In this document: positions 24,146 through 36,546 of the stretch, one piece after another
How positions within the stretch are numbered: the first letter of the stretch is position 1
Layout of the letters: each line of letters opens with the position of its first letter
Source of the DNA: Vitrella brassicaformis CCMP3155
Taxonomy: Eukaryota; Protista; Chromerida
Direction of reading: 5' to 3'
DNA length: 64,000 bases
Assembly (NCBI GenBank): GCA_001179505.1
Contig: CDMY01000466.1
Coordinates: 305,087-369,086, forward strand
Position numbers and translations under genes: made by a program
The notes under the pieces: generated by a model
What the model saw: only the letters and a program-made list of their open reading frames with translations
Told to the model about the DNA's origin: nothing
The model's database searches: none

Positions 24146-27100
24146 TCATTTGCGCCGCTTCGAGATCATGTACTGGCGTCCCCTGCTGGCCACATACACG
24201 CCGCCCTGCTGCCCTATCACCTCGTCCAGCAAACCACGGAGGTAGCTGCGTTGATCCTCGGTGTTTCGCTCGCTGACGTGATAGAGCTTATCGATGAGGC
24301 CATCCTGTTTGACACACACACACACAGAAACAGTGAATGGATGCCATGTTCGCTCTGCTGTCCTGTGCTGTTATGTGCTGCGTTGCTCACTTTCGATTCC
24401 GCCCTGAATGATGAATCAGCGCTCGAGTCGCCCCCCTGACCAAACGGCTCAGCAATGTACTCATACTCGGCCGCTTCCCCGCCCATCTCCTCCCCGCCCC
24501 CGCCCCCATCCCCAGCCGCTGCTGCCACGGATGGCTCGCTCTTGACCGCAGGCACGCCCCGCTGCCTCTGTGGTATCCGGTCAGCCCTGCCTCTGTCGTC
24601 GCCCTCGCGCACCGACGATGGGGCATTGCTCCCGGCACGTGATTTCGAGTGCTGCTGCTTGACAAGCATGAGCAGCTCGCCCATCTCATCCAGTGCGTTG
24701 CCCAATCGGATGAAGTTGCCCGGGGCCCTGGCTGACGTGTTGATGGGCATGAAGCCTTGCACTGCTCCGAAGCACACGGGGCATTCCTCTGCACGCGGAG
24801 AAGAGGGGCTGGCGGCCGCTGCTGCTGCTGGTTGGGGCTCCTGCAGGCGGGGCGGGGCGGTGGAGTCGAAGTGTTTGTGCAGACACAGTTCACAGAGCCC
24901 GTGACCACATGGGGTCAGCACACCGTGTATCTACAACAGGTAGGGACAGCCACATGCAGACAGACAGCCATTCCATCCCGCGAGCACGCCCCCTGCCAGC
25001 CTTCTTTTTGTTCTTCTGTGTGCCGCACCTCACCTGCCTCTCCTTGCACGCACCACATTGGAACACAGCTGGCCGCCTCGACGACGCCACTTTGAGCGAT
25101 AGGGCATCCTCTAATCGTGGAGACCGCCGCGGGCGCTTGGCCTCCTCCTCGGTCAAATCGCTCTTGTCATCGTCATCGTCACTTTCCTCGTAGGCCGCAT
25201 CCTCAGCCTGCTTCTTGGATCGCTTCCTGCGCCTCTTCTTCTTGTCTGCCTTTGCTTGGGCGACGTCTCGGTCGTTGATGGCAATGAGGAGCTCCTTTTC
25301 TTTCTTCTCGAGGGCCTCCTCCTTGGCCTTGAGCTTCATCGTCATGGCATCAAGTTCCTTGTGCAGCCGATCGCACTCCTCCTGACGTTGTTGGCACTCC
25401 TCCCGAAGCTTTTGGCACTCCTCCTGGAGCTGTTGGGACTTCTCTTGACGCTTGTGCAGCTCCGCTCTGAGTGGGGGAGGAAGAAGGACACGATCGTGAA
25501 TGTCCACCAGACAGAGAGGGTCTCTCTCGTTGTGTAATACCGGCTTACTCGCTCTCCTTGTTCTTTCCTTGCTCCTTCTGCAGCTGCACGACGGCCTCAT
25601 CGTGCTTCTTCATGAGCTCCGCCTGTTTGTCCTGGAAGCGCCTCACGGCCTCATCCATCTCCTTGTCCTTTGCCGCCAGCCGCTCGCCCAGCTCCTTGAG
25701 ACGCGCACGAAAGGTGGCCACGATCTCATCCTCATCCTCATCCTCACCTGCCAGCGAGCGGAGCTGCCGCTTCTTGGGCCGCCGCCGCAGGATGGCATCG
25801 TCGTCAGAGTCGTCACCGTTGGTGAGATTGGCCACAGGGGGGCTGCCGGCTGGTGCCGCAGCAGCTGCTGCAGCTGCTGCTGCTGCTGGTGCGGGGGACT
25901 CAGATGTGGGTCGCTTCAGTCGTTTCTTGGGTGGTGATTTGGGTAGCGTGACCACGCTGCTCTGCCGGCTCGGTGTGTCCTTGGGTAGAGGGCGGCTGTC
26001 CCTGTCCTTGTCCTTGTCCTTGTCCTTGTCTTTCATCTTGCCGCCCTCCTTGGCGCCCTTGTCCTTGTTTTTCTTCTTCTGTTTGCCGTTCTTCTTAATT
26101 GACATGCCGGCCCTGACGTCCCCCTTCAAACTATCCCCCGGTGACGATGCCACATCGGTCTCAGGGGGCACATGCTTGCGCTTCTTGCCCGTCAAACCTG
26201 GACTCGCGGCCGCTGCCGCTGCCGCTGCGGCTGCAGCAGCCGGCGCCTCCTGCTCCCCTTCCCTCTCGTCTCCCTCGAGAATGTTGATGTGATGACGCCT
26301 GCCCTTCCGCTCTGCAATAAGGCTGCTCGCCCGGTCCACGCCAGAGCGGGGGGATGAGCCCGGCAGGGAGGCCGCGGCTGGCGGGCCGGCCTTGGCCAAT
26401 GACAGATGCGCAACAGTGGTAGCAGCAGCAGCAGCAGCGGCGGCAGCAGCTGGTGGTGGTGGTGGTGGTGGCGTCGCCTTTGGCTTGGGCTTGGGTTTGC
26501 TCTTGGATGCAGCCTTGGGCTTGGGTCCAGCGTTGGCGACTGGGGCGGGACTCTCGGAAGGCCGCCTGGGGGAGACGCCGCCGCGCTTGGGGGACCCGCC
26601 ACGATGAGTGGGGGATTGGCTGCGAGGAGTGGCTGACTGGTCGCGAGGAGTGGGCGACACGCGCTCAGGGGAGGAGCCCGAGGGGTGCGAGAGCGGGGTG
26701 AAGAGCAACACCCCCTTGGCAGCACAGCCTAGCGCTGCAGCCGCACCAGGGAGATCACCATCCTTGTCGACGTAGAAGACGCGGATGCGCAGGAAGGCCC
26801 GCGCCTGATCGATCTGCCGGCAGAGGAGGACGCCCTTCGACCAGTCGGTCGCTGGGTTTGGTCTGCCGCCGGAGCCTTGCTGCTGCCTCTCGAAGGCGTA
26901 GATGTTGATGACGTCTCTCATGGCGGGGAGGAGGGCGGCACAGCCGTCGTCACCCAGCGCTTGCCGGAGCTGCTGCAGCTTCTCGGTGATGAGATCCCGA
27001 ATGCCGGATGAGTCCTTCCCCCTGAGAGGTGGATGAATGGATGCATGGCCAGGGCACAACCACAGTGGGTGACGTTAGTCGCACATACGGCCTTGTTGTC

Positions 27101-28206
27101 CGCCTGTCTGTCTGTCTGTCAGTCAGTCAGTGTGTGGTGGCCTACCAGTTGTGTGTCGGGCTAATCCACTCGTATTTCACGAGGTTGTTCCTGTACGCCT
27201 CGTAGAGCTCCGCCCAGTGCTTGCTGCTGTCGAACGCGTCGGGACAGAGGGGGAGGTCTGACACATCCACACACAAAACACAAACACACACACACACACA
27301 CAAATCCCCACTCATTTGTCTGTCCGCCTAGGCCGACTGCCTGATCCGCCCTCCATCCACCCACCCACAACTCTCTCTAAACGTACCTGACTCACTCGGC
27401 ACTTTCAGCTCCAGTCGGCGCACGCTTTTCAGATCTCCCTGCATCGCCGCCTCGTCCACAGTCGCCCGAAATGCCCCTGACGGGAAGGGCTCCCGCAGCC
27501 GGTCGGGCAGGGGCAGATCACCAGCAGGAGGGATTGGCCGCTGATGACCCGGTGCGGCGGCTGCAGGTGGATGCGGCCATACCAGCCGGGCGCGGCTGAA
27601 CGGCTCCCTGATGACAATGGCCAGCTGGCCAATGTCGCCCTCTGACCGGAGAATGGTGGGCGGTCTGATGATCTTGGGGGCGGCCTTGAGTGCCTCCCGG
27701 TAGAAAAAGAGGCGCAGCGTGTGGAGCACATGAGAGGGGAAGGCCGCAGTGTCGTTGGCATATGCAGTCTTGACCTCCTCGGCACTGAAGCACAACAGCG
27801 AGCCACTCGTGTGGAGAAGCAGTGCAGTGCACAGCTTCCCGGCTCTTGCCTGCTTTTTCATCGTGCACCTGACAGGGGTGTCGTTGGCACCTTGTCTGAC
27901 CACCAGCCGCAGGGGGACCGGCCACTCATGAGCCCTTCCCCCTGGTGCAGCAGCTGCAGCCTTTGCCTTGGGTGCTGGTTTTGCTGCGGCCTCCTGCCTC
28001 CCGCCCGCTCGGGGTGTTTTGCTGGGGTCTGAAGAATGAATGACTGAGTCGGCATCGGCTGGGTCGCCATCGTCCCTTCTTGGTGACGCTCCGCTGCCTC
28101 CCCCACGCCCCCTCGTTGCTCCACGACCAGCTGCTCCGTTGAGAGGGGAAGAACGGCCTCGAACCGCCGGAGCTTGTGCTGGGCGAGATGATGCTTGCCC
28201 ATTCAT
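24146..28206 (-). CDS. Large low-complexity/coiled-coil protein with C-terminal RING finger
   Basis: Exons include 27328-28206, 25545-27022 and a coiled-coil exon, then FQCGACKERQ|..VLTPCGHGLCELCL...CPVCFGAV. The last exon (DGLIDKLY...ISKRRK*) ends at 24146. Confidence 0.65.
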
Positions 28207-28302
28207 CTCATGACCGGATCTCACGAAGAAGCGATGCTTTCTGCGAGCTAAGAAAGCAGACTACACTCTCTGCTTCCTCCCTGCGTCCTCGGACCGTTCA
28301 GC

Positions 28303-28902
28303 ATGACATCGTCGTCTTCACTGCGTCGCGGCTCGGTGCTGAAAGCGACGCGGAAGTTTGCGCATGATTTCTTCCAGCAGAACGCGTTCGGATCTCCGCC
28401 GCAGATGACCCTCAACAGCTTCATCTCCCAGCTGCTGGCGCACCGCCTCGTTGACCCCGACCACTGGACACGGCCCGACATCCTCCACGAGATGTTCTAC
28501 CGCGGCTTCAGACACGAGTACTCGACCCACTACGTCCACCTGGGATACAAGAGGTGGCCGTGGAACCCCGACAAGCGCATGATGAACCAGACGGAGGTGG
28601 AGAAGTGGCTGCAGGTCATGGAAATCATCGACCTCGAGAGGCGGGCTGTCAGGGAGAGGGACGAGGCCTCCAGGCGGCGGAAGGAGAGGCTGATGCACCA
28701 ACAACAAGATGCAGAGAGGAAAAACGAGCTCGCCGAGATGGAGGAGGGGGCAGCTGAGGCGCCAGTGCAAAGCCGGGAGGGGAGTCAGGAAGGAGAGCCT
28801 CTGGCGCCAGCCGATGCTGGTGAGGCTGCTACCGAGAGAGCGGTGCGTGAAGAGGGCGGCAGAGGTGGTGTGACAATCCGGAAGACACCGCCGAAGGGCT
28901 GA
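28303..28902 (+). CDS. Intronless hypothetical protein, 199 aa
   Basis: ATG-initiated ORF with coding-like codon use, an aromatic-rich N-terminal domain and a charged coiled-coil tail. Divergent from the RING gene. Confidence 0.65.
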   Translation: MTSSSSLRRGSVLKATRKFAHDFFQQNAFGSPPQMTLNSFISQLLAHRLVDPDHWTRPDILHEMFYRGFRHEYSTHYVHLGYKRWPWNPDKRMMNQTEVEKWLQVMEIIDLERRAVRERDEASRRRKERLMHQQQDAERKNELAEMEEGAAEAPVQSREGSQEGEPLAPADAGEAATERAVREEGGRGGVTIRKTPPKG

Positions 28903-29090
28903 TTGGCGCAAGCATAACTCAGCGCGCGCAAAGGGAGAGGAGATGGGAAGGGGGTGGTTTGTGTGGATTATGGGTGGATGAGTGACCGAATTGCGTGTTT
29001 ATGCGTGTTTATGGTAGTAAGAAGCTTCGTGGTAGTAAGAAGCTCTGTGGTAGTACGGACTGACGAATCGATTGATAAGCTTCATTGCGC

Positions 29091-30395
29091 AACGATAAAG
29101 AAAGTTATGTATCTGCAGCTGACAAACAGCTTGCCGCTCTCATCCACACGGTCTCCCACGCGCACACATTCGCACACAGACAGACACACACGCAATTGCG
29201 ACACGAAAACACATTCGCAGCCATGCACACGAGAAACCCTGCAGGCAGAAACTCCCAACAAACAGAAGCTTGTCGTCGTCCGTGGATTCCACACACATGA
29301 ATAACATAGGCAAGTAAGGTGTGCATGGTAGGGCACATGATATGCAGATGCACTGATATATAAGAGATAGATGCACACACACGAGAATAAAGGTAGGTGG
29401 ATAAAGGAGGACTCACTCACCGAGGTCCTCTCAATTGGCTGGCTGTAAAAATGCCATATATATATGATGCACACGTACGTCTACACAGCCACTGACTTAA
29501 CTGGGGGTCGGTGGGAGGGGTGGCGACACGCGCACACAACACCACACAACACATTCAAAGAGGGAGGGATACGGAAGGCGAGAAAAATGATGAATGATAC
29601 ACACACCGATGGATGCATCACACACTCAGTCAGGACGGGAGGACTTTTCTCGCTCACGCGTGCCCTTCTCACTCACAGACAGACAGACACCATCCCACCA
29701 TCCCACCATTATAAAGCACCCCATCTACCATGAAGCGCAACCGACGCCCCCGCTGTCTGTCATGGTCAGCACCCCGCTGGCCGTCCTGCGGTGTCTCCTG
29801 ACCACTTGTCGATGTCCTCGTTGTGCCATTTCTCTACCCACCTGTGCCCCCCGATGCCGCCCACGCCCCATCGGTCGCCCCAGTTGTTGCCCCACCGGTC
29901 GCCCTGCGCGTTGGATGCCCACTTGGAGGTCCACTTCTCGCCTGCACAACCAGCCAGCAAGGGGACCAGACCACGTGTGTGGCGGTGTGTATGGGTATGG
30001 GTGTGGGTGTGGGTGTGGGTGTTGGTGTAGTTGTGTAGTTTATCAGCTCCATCGAGTGAGATGTCTTCGCCCCACTCTTCCTCCCACTGGTCGCGCTGGC
30101 GCGGCGGCCCGTCTTCTTGGCGCGCTTCTTGTTCTCGTTCTCCTCCAGCCAGCTCTCCAGCCACGCATCGCCCTGAGATCAAACAAAGTGACAGACACAT
30201 AGGGCTCATGGCTGATGGCAGATGGATGGCGGGGTGATAGGACTGACTGACCTGTGCGTTGTGTCCCTTCTTTTCTGCGAACTTGACGAGGCCCTTCTGC
30301 GTGAGCTGCTCGGACCACTGCTCCTCCCACGCGTCGCCGCGACTGATGGATGGATGGATGGAACGACGAACCATAAATCACAAGCAAGACAAGGC
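29091..30395 (-). pseudogene. Degenerate duplicate of the last exons and 3' UTR of the Trp-rich gene (copy A)
   Basis: Near-identical to 31217-32528. A 1-nt deletion at about 30094 (tcgcgctggc vs tcgccgctgg) breaks the KTGRRASGDQW frame. Confidence 0.8.
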
Positions 30396-31037
30396 AGAAG
30401 CTGAGGTCGTGTGTGTGAGATGACTTGACTTTGGCGGTTTAGGCATTAGCAAGGACAAGGCGGGAGGGCGTGTGTGTGGGTCGTCGGGCTCCTGATGGAA
30501 ACCATGTTAGGGTAGGCCTGGGAGATGGCTTTGTAGGACACATGGGGGTCTCTCCAGCTCACCCCTAGGCCTTCATCAATGGGTCACAAGCACTCTGCTA
30601 GGGCACCTCACAGGATTGCCGAATCGCTGAGAATGGGCAGCATCTTCCTGAAGACAGGCACACACAGACAGAGAGAGATGTCAGCTGGGGGGCCTTCTGG
30701 CTGCTTCTCGCTTCGTGTGTGGCCTCTGTGTGTGTGAGCCTCTCTGGTGCTGTTGTGTTTTCGGAGAGAGCATGTGCTAGCGACCCCTAGCACCACTCAA
30801 GCTCGCAACTGTAAACTCTCTCTGATTTGAGGCTTTTTCCCATTCCAGGGGGGCGGGGCGGCGGCTGAGGTGCTCAGCTAAACCCTAATTATGCGTAGGT
30901 TTTGCGAATTATTTCGTGAATGCGCGTGTGCAGCAGTGCGTGGCAGACAGGCAGGCACCTTCCCACACACGGATGTGCGCAGGGGTGGGCTGTGTGTGCA
31001 AAGAGGGAGCAAGGGAGGGCGTGCACTGCGCATGTGC

Positions 31038-31068
<31 letters not shown>

Positions 31069-31216
31069 TGTGTCTGTCTGTCTGCGTGTGTGTGTGTGTG
31101 CCACGAGTGCACTCACTCCTGCACACCGACCGCACCCTCTCACACACACCAACCTGCACACACATTTATTACGTACCAACGGGGAGCTGGAAGGACGGCT
31201 CTCCCAAACGACAGTT

Positions 31217-32528
31217 AACGATAAAGAAAGTTATGTATCTGCAGCTGACAAACAGCTTGCCGCTCTCATCCACACGGTCTCCCACGCGCACACATTCGCA
31301 CACACAGACAGACACACAGACTCACACGCAATTGCGACACGAAAACACATTCGCAGCCATGCACACGAGAAACCCTGCAGGCAGAAACTCCCAACAAACA
31401 GAAGCTTGTCGTCGTCCGTGGATTCCACACACATAACATACGCAAGTAAGGTGTGTATGGTAGGGCACATACATGCAGATGCACTGATATATAAGAGATA
31501 GATGCACACACACGAGAATAAAGGTAGGTGGATAAAGGAGGACTCACTCACCGAGGTCCTCTCAATTGGCTGGCTGTAAAAATGCCATATATATATGATG
31601 CACACGTACGTCTACACAGCCACTGACTTAACTGGGGGTCGGTGGGAGGGGTGACGACACGCACACACAACACATCACATTCAAAGAGGGAGGGATACGG
31701 AAGGCGAGAAAAATGATGAATGATACACACACCGATGGATGCATCACACACTCAGTCAGGACGGGAGGACTTTTCTCGCTCACGCGTGCCCTTCTCACTT
31801 ACAGACAGACACCATCCCACCATCCCATCATCATAAAGCACCCCATCAGCCATGAAGCGCAACCGACGCCCTCGCTGTCTGTCATGGTCTGTCAGCACCC
31901 CGCTGGCCGTCCTGCGGTGTCTCCTGACCACTTGTCGATGTCCTCGTTGTGCCATTTCTCTACCCACCTGTGCCCGCCGATGCCGCCCACGCCCCATCGG
32001 TCGCCCCAGTTGTTGCCCCACCGGTCGCCCTGCGCGTTGGATGCCCACTTGGAGGTCCACTTCTCGCCTGCACAACCAGCCAGCAAGGGGACCAGACCAC
32101 GTGTGTGGCGGTGGGTATGTGTGTGGGTATGGGTGTGGGTGTGGGTGTAGTTGTGTACTGTACCAGCTCCATCGAGTGAGATGTCTTCGCCCCACTCTTC
32201 CTCCCACTGGTCGCCGCTGGCCCGTCGGCCCGTCTTCTTGGCGCGCTTCTTGTTCTCGTTCTCCTCCAGCCACGTCTCCAACCACGCATCGCCCTGAGAT
32301 CAATCAAAGTGACAGACACACAGGGCTGATGGCTGATGGATGGCGGGGCGATATGATAGGACTGACTGACCTGTGCGTTGTGTCCCTTCTTTTCTGCGAA
32401 CTTGACGAGGCCCTTCTGCGTGAGCTGCTCGGACCACTGCTCCTCCCACGCGTCGCCACGACTGATGGATGGAGGGAGGGATGGATGGATGGATGGAACG
32501 ACGAACCATCAAAAGGAAGCAAGACAAG
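31217..32528. repeat. Intact copy B of the ~1.3 kb direct duplication
   Basis: Both copies start at aacgataaagaaagttatgtatctgcagctgac (29091 and 31217) and end near gaacgacgaaccat...aagcaagacaag. Confidence 0.9.
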
Positions 32529-35500
32529 ACAGTGGATTTTCATGGCCTGCAGGGGCAATCACCACAGCGGTACGGTACACTTACGCGTTCTGTCCGGTCT
32601 TTTGTGCCATCTTGTGTCCAGGCTTCTCGTTCCATTTCTGCAAGCCGGCCAGCCACAAACATACACACACAGAGAACCCCACATCGATGCATCAGACGCT
32701 CGTGTGTTGGCCCTCCTCCCTCCCTCCCTCCCTGACTCCCTCCCTGTCTTGTCTGTCTGGCTGACCTCCATCCACTTGTCGCCGCTCCCAGCGTTGTATC
32801 CCTCCTTGAAGGCCCACTTCTCGCTCTGGTCGGCGCACTCACCGAACCGATCGGCGAACCAATTCGTCACCTCACGGCCGCCGAACTCGCCAGCCCTGAG
32901 AGGGAGGGTGACAGACACAGTGACAGACACATGTGCTGTGTTGCGTTGCGCAGCGTATGTGGACACGTGACGTACCTCCATGCGGTGCCCTCTTTGATGG
33001 TCTTGGTGTTGCCCGCGCCGTCGTCGTCCCACTTCTCTGTCCACTCCTCACCCTCACCGCCACCCTGGACAAAGACAGAGAAAAGACACATTGGTGAAAG
33101 AAGGTGACTCTCCACTCATAGATCGAGATCGAACTGCCTGCCTTTGGTCTCACCTCAGCCCTGCCCCATTTCTGGAACCATCGCTTGCCGCCCTCGTTGC
33201 CCCACGTCTCGCCCCAAGAGTGAGCCTGTGAGCGACGAGTGACAAAACAAACCGACCGAGTCGCATCTGATCTGCCTCGCTGGCTGACGGCCTGGTCTGC
33301 CTACCTTTCCGTCATCGCCCTGGACGGTCCAGTGCTTGTCGACCCACTCGCCGTCCCCGGCCGGCCCCGCCCCCCACCTCTCGCCCCATTGGGTGCCGTC
33401 GACTCGGCTGCCGAACTTCTCGCCCTCCTTGCTGCCGTCAGCGCGGGTCTCCCAGCGGTCCACCTGCTTCTCCAGGCCGTTGTCGTACCACCTCTCCTCC
33501 TTGGAACGACTCTCACGCACATCCTCGAACCTATGAGTGGGTGTGACGCACACAACAGCCGAATTTACCGCCCTGGTAGGTCTCTCTCTCTCTGTGTGCG
33601 GTGGTCAGGACTCTTACGTACTTTTTGTCGCCCCAGCTGTTGCCCGACCCCTCCCTCCACCACTTGTCCCAGTGGCGCACCCGGAGCTTCAGTATCTCGC
33701 GGTGCTCGTCGGTGGTGCTGGCAGATGCAGCCTCACCCTCACTGTCGGCGGGCTTGGCGATGCGGCCCGTCAGGCAGACGTCGGGCTTCCACGCTGTGGG
33801 GCGGGGCAGCACCTCGGTCTCGGTGCTGCTGCTGGTGGTTGTGGTGGTGGGGAGGTCGTCCCACTTTGGCTCGAAGGACTCGCCCCATCTCTCCCCCCAC
33901 GACATGGAGTCGCTGTAACGGTGGCCGCTCTTCTCACCGTTCTTGACCTGAACAGACAGACAGACAGACAGCAAGGATAATCCAAGCATGGGTGTCCTTC
34001 TGGCTCGCTTCTCTTCTTACGATCTCTTTTGCGGTGCCCTTGATGACGAGTCGTTTCTCTCCGTTTTGGAGTGCGGCGATGACGGCCTTGCTGTCGTCTG
34101 CATGCGCTGCGGCGGCGGATGTGGTCGTGTAGACCATGTCTTCCTCGATGGCTGATGGCGGGCCGTCGGGGGTGTCGAAGGCCGTACACGTCTCCCACTT
34201 GTCGATGACCTTCTCGGTGCCGTTGTCGTACCACTTCTCGCGATACTCCTGAAACAAACACACACCAGCACACAGCGTGTGCTTGTCGTCATCCCACACC
34301 TTATTGATTTGCCTGGGTATTGCCCCACCTACCTGTGACTTGGTGACCTTGCATATGGAGTCGATGTGGTCGTCTGTGGCGGCACCGGCGCCCCTGGCGC
34401 CGCGCACATCGAGGTGGTGGACGTCGACGGCCTTTTCGCCCCAGCTGCCGCCGTCGGGGTGCGACCACCACTTGTCGAGGAAGTACTTCTCGCGGCCGTC
34501 CTCCGCTGTCCGCTCCCACTTCTCGTTGTACTGCGTGCCGTCGTGACTCGTGCCGGCCTTCTCACCCCATCTGATACATGAGCCAGCCACACACGTCGCA
34601 CTATGGGTGATGGATGGTGTTTGGTTTGTACCGGTGTCTTGAGTCAGCGGTTTCCGCCCACTTGTCGACCTCTCTGTCGCCGTCCCTCTCGACCCATCTC
34701 TCGTGCCACTTTTCGCCCAGTGTGTTGCGGCCCTTCTTCTCGCCGCACTTGGTGCCGTCGGCGTTGTCGCGCCACCGGTCGGTCCACTCGTCCAGCACAT
34801 TGCCGCTGCCGTTCACCTCACGGAACCACACCTCGTTGAATGACGTACCCTCGGCATCTGACGATAGAGAGACATGGACGTGTGTTGTGGCAAATGCTGT
34901 CCTTGCCATTGGTTCGTGTGTATTCACCTCTCCTGGTTCGTTTGCCCCGTCGCAGGTTGCCTTGGCGCTCCTCGAACTCGCCCTGGAAGCTGGTCTCGAT
35001 CAGGCCGTGCTCGTCACTCTCGAAGCTGTCGACCTTCTCCTTCTCAAACGATGTGCCCTCCTGATGGACAGGCACGTGAGGGGAAAGGACATGACCCCTC
35101 AGGCCTCCCCCTTGTGTGTCGGTGTTTGTTGTGGGTGGTGTGGTACCTACCTGCCACTGTCTGCCGGTGAGTTCGCACTGCCCCCGCTTGCGGATGGCCT
35201 GAGTGATGGGGATGTGCTTGGTGGTGTGTCCGTCCTCGGCGATGACGGACATGAGTGTCTCCTCGATCTCCTCCTCCCAGGCCTCGATGACCATACCGTT
35301 GCGGTCCACCTTCTGCACGCTCTTGTGGATCTTGAGCGTCAAGCCGTCCTTCTCCCACTTTTCTGTCCACCTGAGGAATGACGCACAGTGGCTGGCTGCG
35401 GTTTGTTTGTGTTTGTTTGGTGGCTGCAGAGCTCACTTGTGTCCGTTGTCTGCGTTCCATCCGTTGTTGCGGCCGCTGACGACCGTCCTCTCCGTCCCAT

Positions 35501-36110
35501 CATCGTTGCGCACCTTGCTGGACACACAGACACATCACACACACACACACACACACACACACAAAGCAGAGGGTGACCTTTGGTTGTGTGTTGGCTTGGT
35601 GCGGGTGGCTCCTACCGCTGTTGCTGCATCCACTTCTCTGCCCATGTGCCATCGCGTGAGCGCTTCTCGCCCCATGTCAGACCTGACTCGTTGCTGTCCC
35701 ACACCTAAACAGACACACACACACACACACAAGCACACACACAGAGTCGTCAACAAAAAGCCAGCCAGCCAGCCAGCCAGACATCTGACCGCCTCCCGCC
35801 CTCTCACCTCGACGTGTGAGTCGTGCTCGTCGACTCGCGCGGTGCTCCTCGGTGCTCTGACACGAAACCGCTCAGGAATCCTCAGCACAGGCTGGTCTTC
35901 ACCCGCAGACGACGAGGGGGCAGCCGCATCCGTCGGTCTCTGGGCGGAGTCTTCATCGACGGTGACTTCGTTGGTGTCTGCGTTGATGCGAAGGCGCAGA
36001 ATGGGTGTGGGAGTGGCGGACCGCCGGCGGATGTCGGGCTTGGACGAGTGCTCCACCGACGCACCATCTCGGGGAGGCTGGGACAGCTGCTGCCGCCGGT
36101 TGGCAGACAT
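31892..36110 (-). CDS. Trp/Glu/Lys/Gly-rich repeat protein resembling plant ESV1/LESV starch-binding proteins
   Basis: About 15 exons with repeated motifs: DEWTDRW, GEKWHERW, VDKWAET, FLDKWWSHPDGGSWGEK, WGERWGE, WTEKWDDDG, WEEQWSE, WEEEWGE, KWTSKWASNAQGDRWGNNWGDRW. No signal peptide. Family similarity is from memory of ESV1 motifs, not from a search. Confidence 0.55.
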
Positions 36111-36313
36111 GACGACGCTCTACAGGATCTGCTTGCTGCTTGGCTTAACGCGGGCGGCGGAAGAGAAAAACCTGCGAGCTCAAAAACGCAGATCTTCGTG
36201 GTGGACTCCCCGCTGCTCTGGGGATAGGCAGAGCTGTGCGTGAGGCGAATGCCCATCAGTGCAGCAGCAATACAGCATGTGAATCAGCTGCACGCATGAT
36301 CCCGGTACAAACA

Positions 36314-36396
36314 TTCCGACATCGGGAATCGAACCCGAGTCTCACGGGGACCCGCGAGTGAGAGCCGTGTATCCTAACCGACTAGACTATGTCGGA
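36314..36396 (-). tRNA. trnE: tRNA-Glu (anticodon CTC) with a 10-nt intron at 37/38
   Basis: Reverse strand: TCCGACA TA GTCT AGTCGGTTA GGAT A CACGG CTCTCA[CTCGCGGGTC]C CCGTG AGAC TCGGG TTCGATT CCCGA TGTCGGA A. All stems pair; 73 nt after removing the intron. Confidence 0.9.
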
Positions 36397-36546
36397 GCTG
36401 ACAACAGCCCGGTGTCAGACGGCACGACCACAGCCATATGGCACAGAGCTGGGAAAGGTGATCCAATGATCGCTCTGATCGCTGGGTGAGCGGTGCAACC
36501 CGACGCTGCATTCCTTTCGGGCGTCTGTGTCTTCCCTGCAGGTTGG

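Noticed and set aside
29085-32528. LTR pair or CRISPR-like repeats
   Set aside because: The repeat contains spliced exons of a host gene, has no TG...CA termini, PBS or internal pol, and no regular repeat-spacer array exists anywhere in the window.
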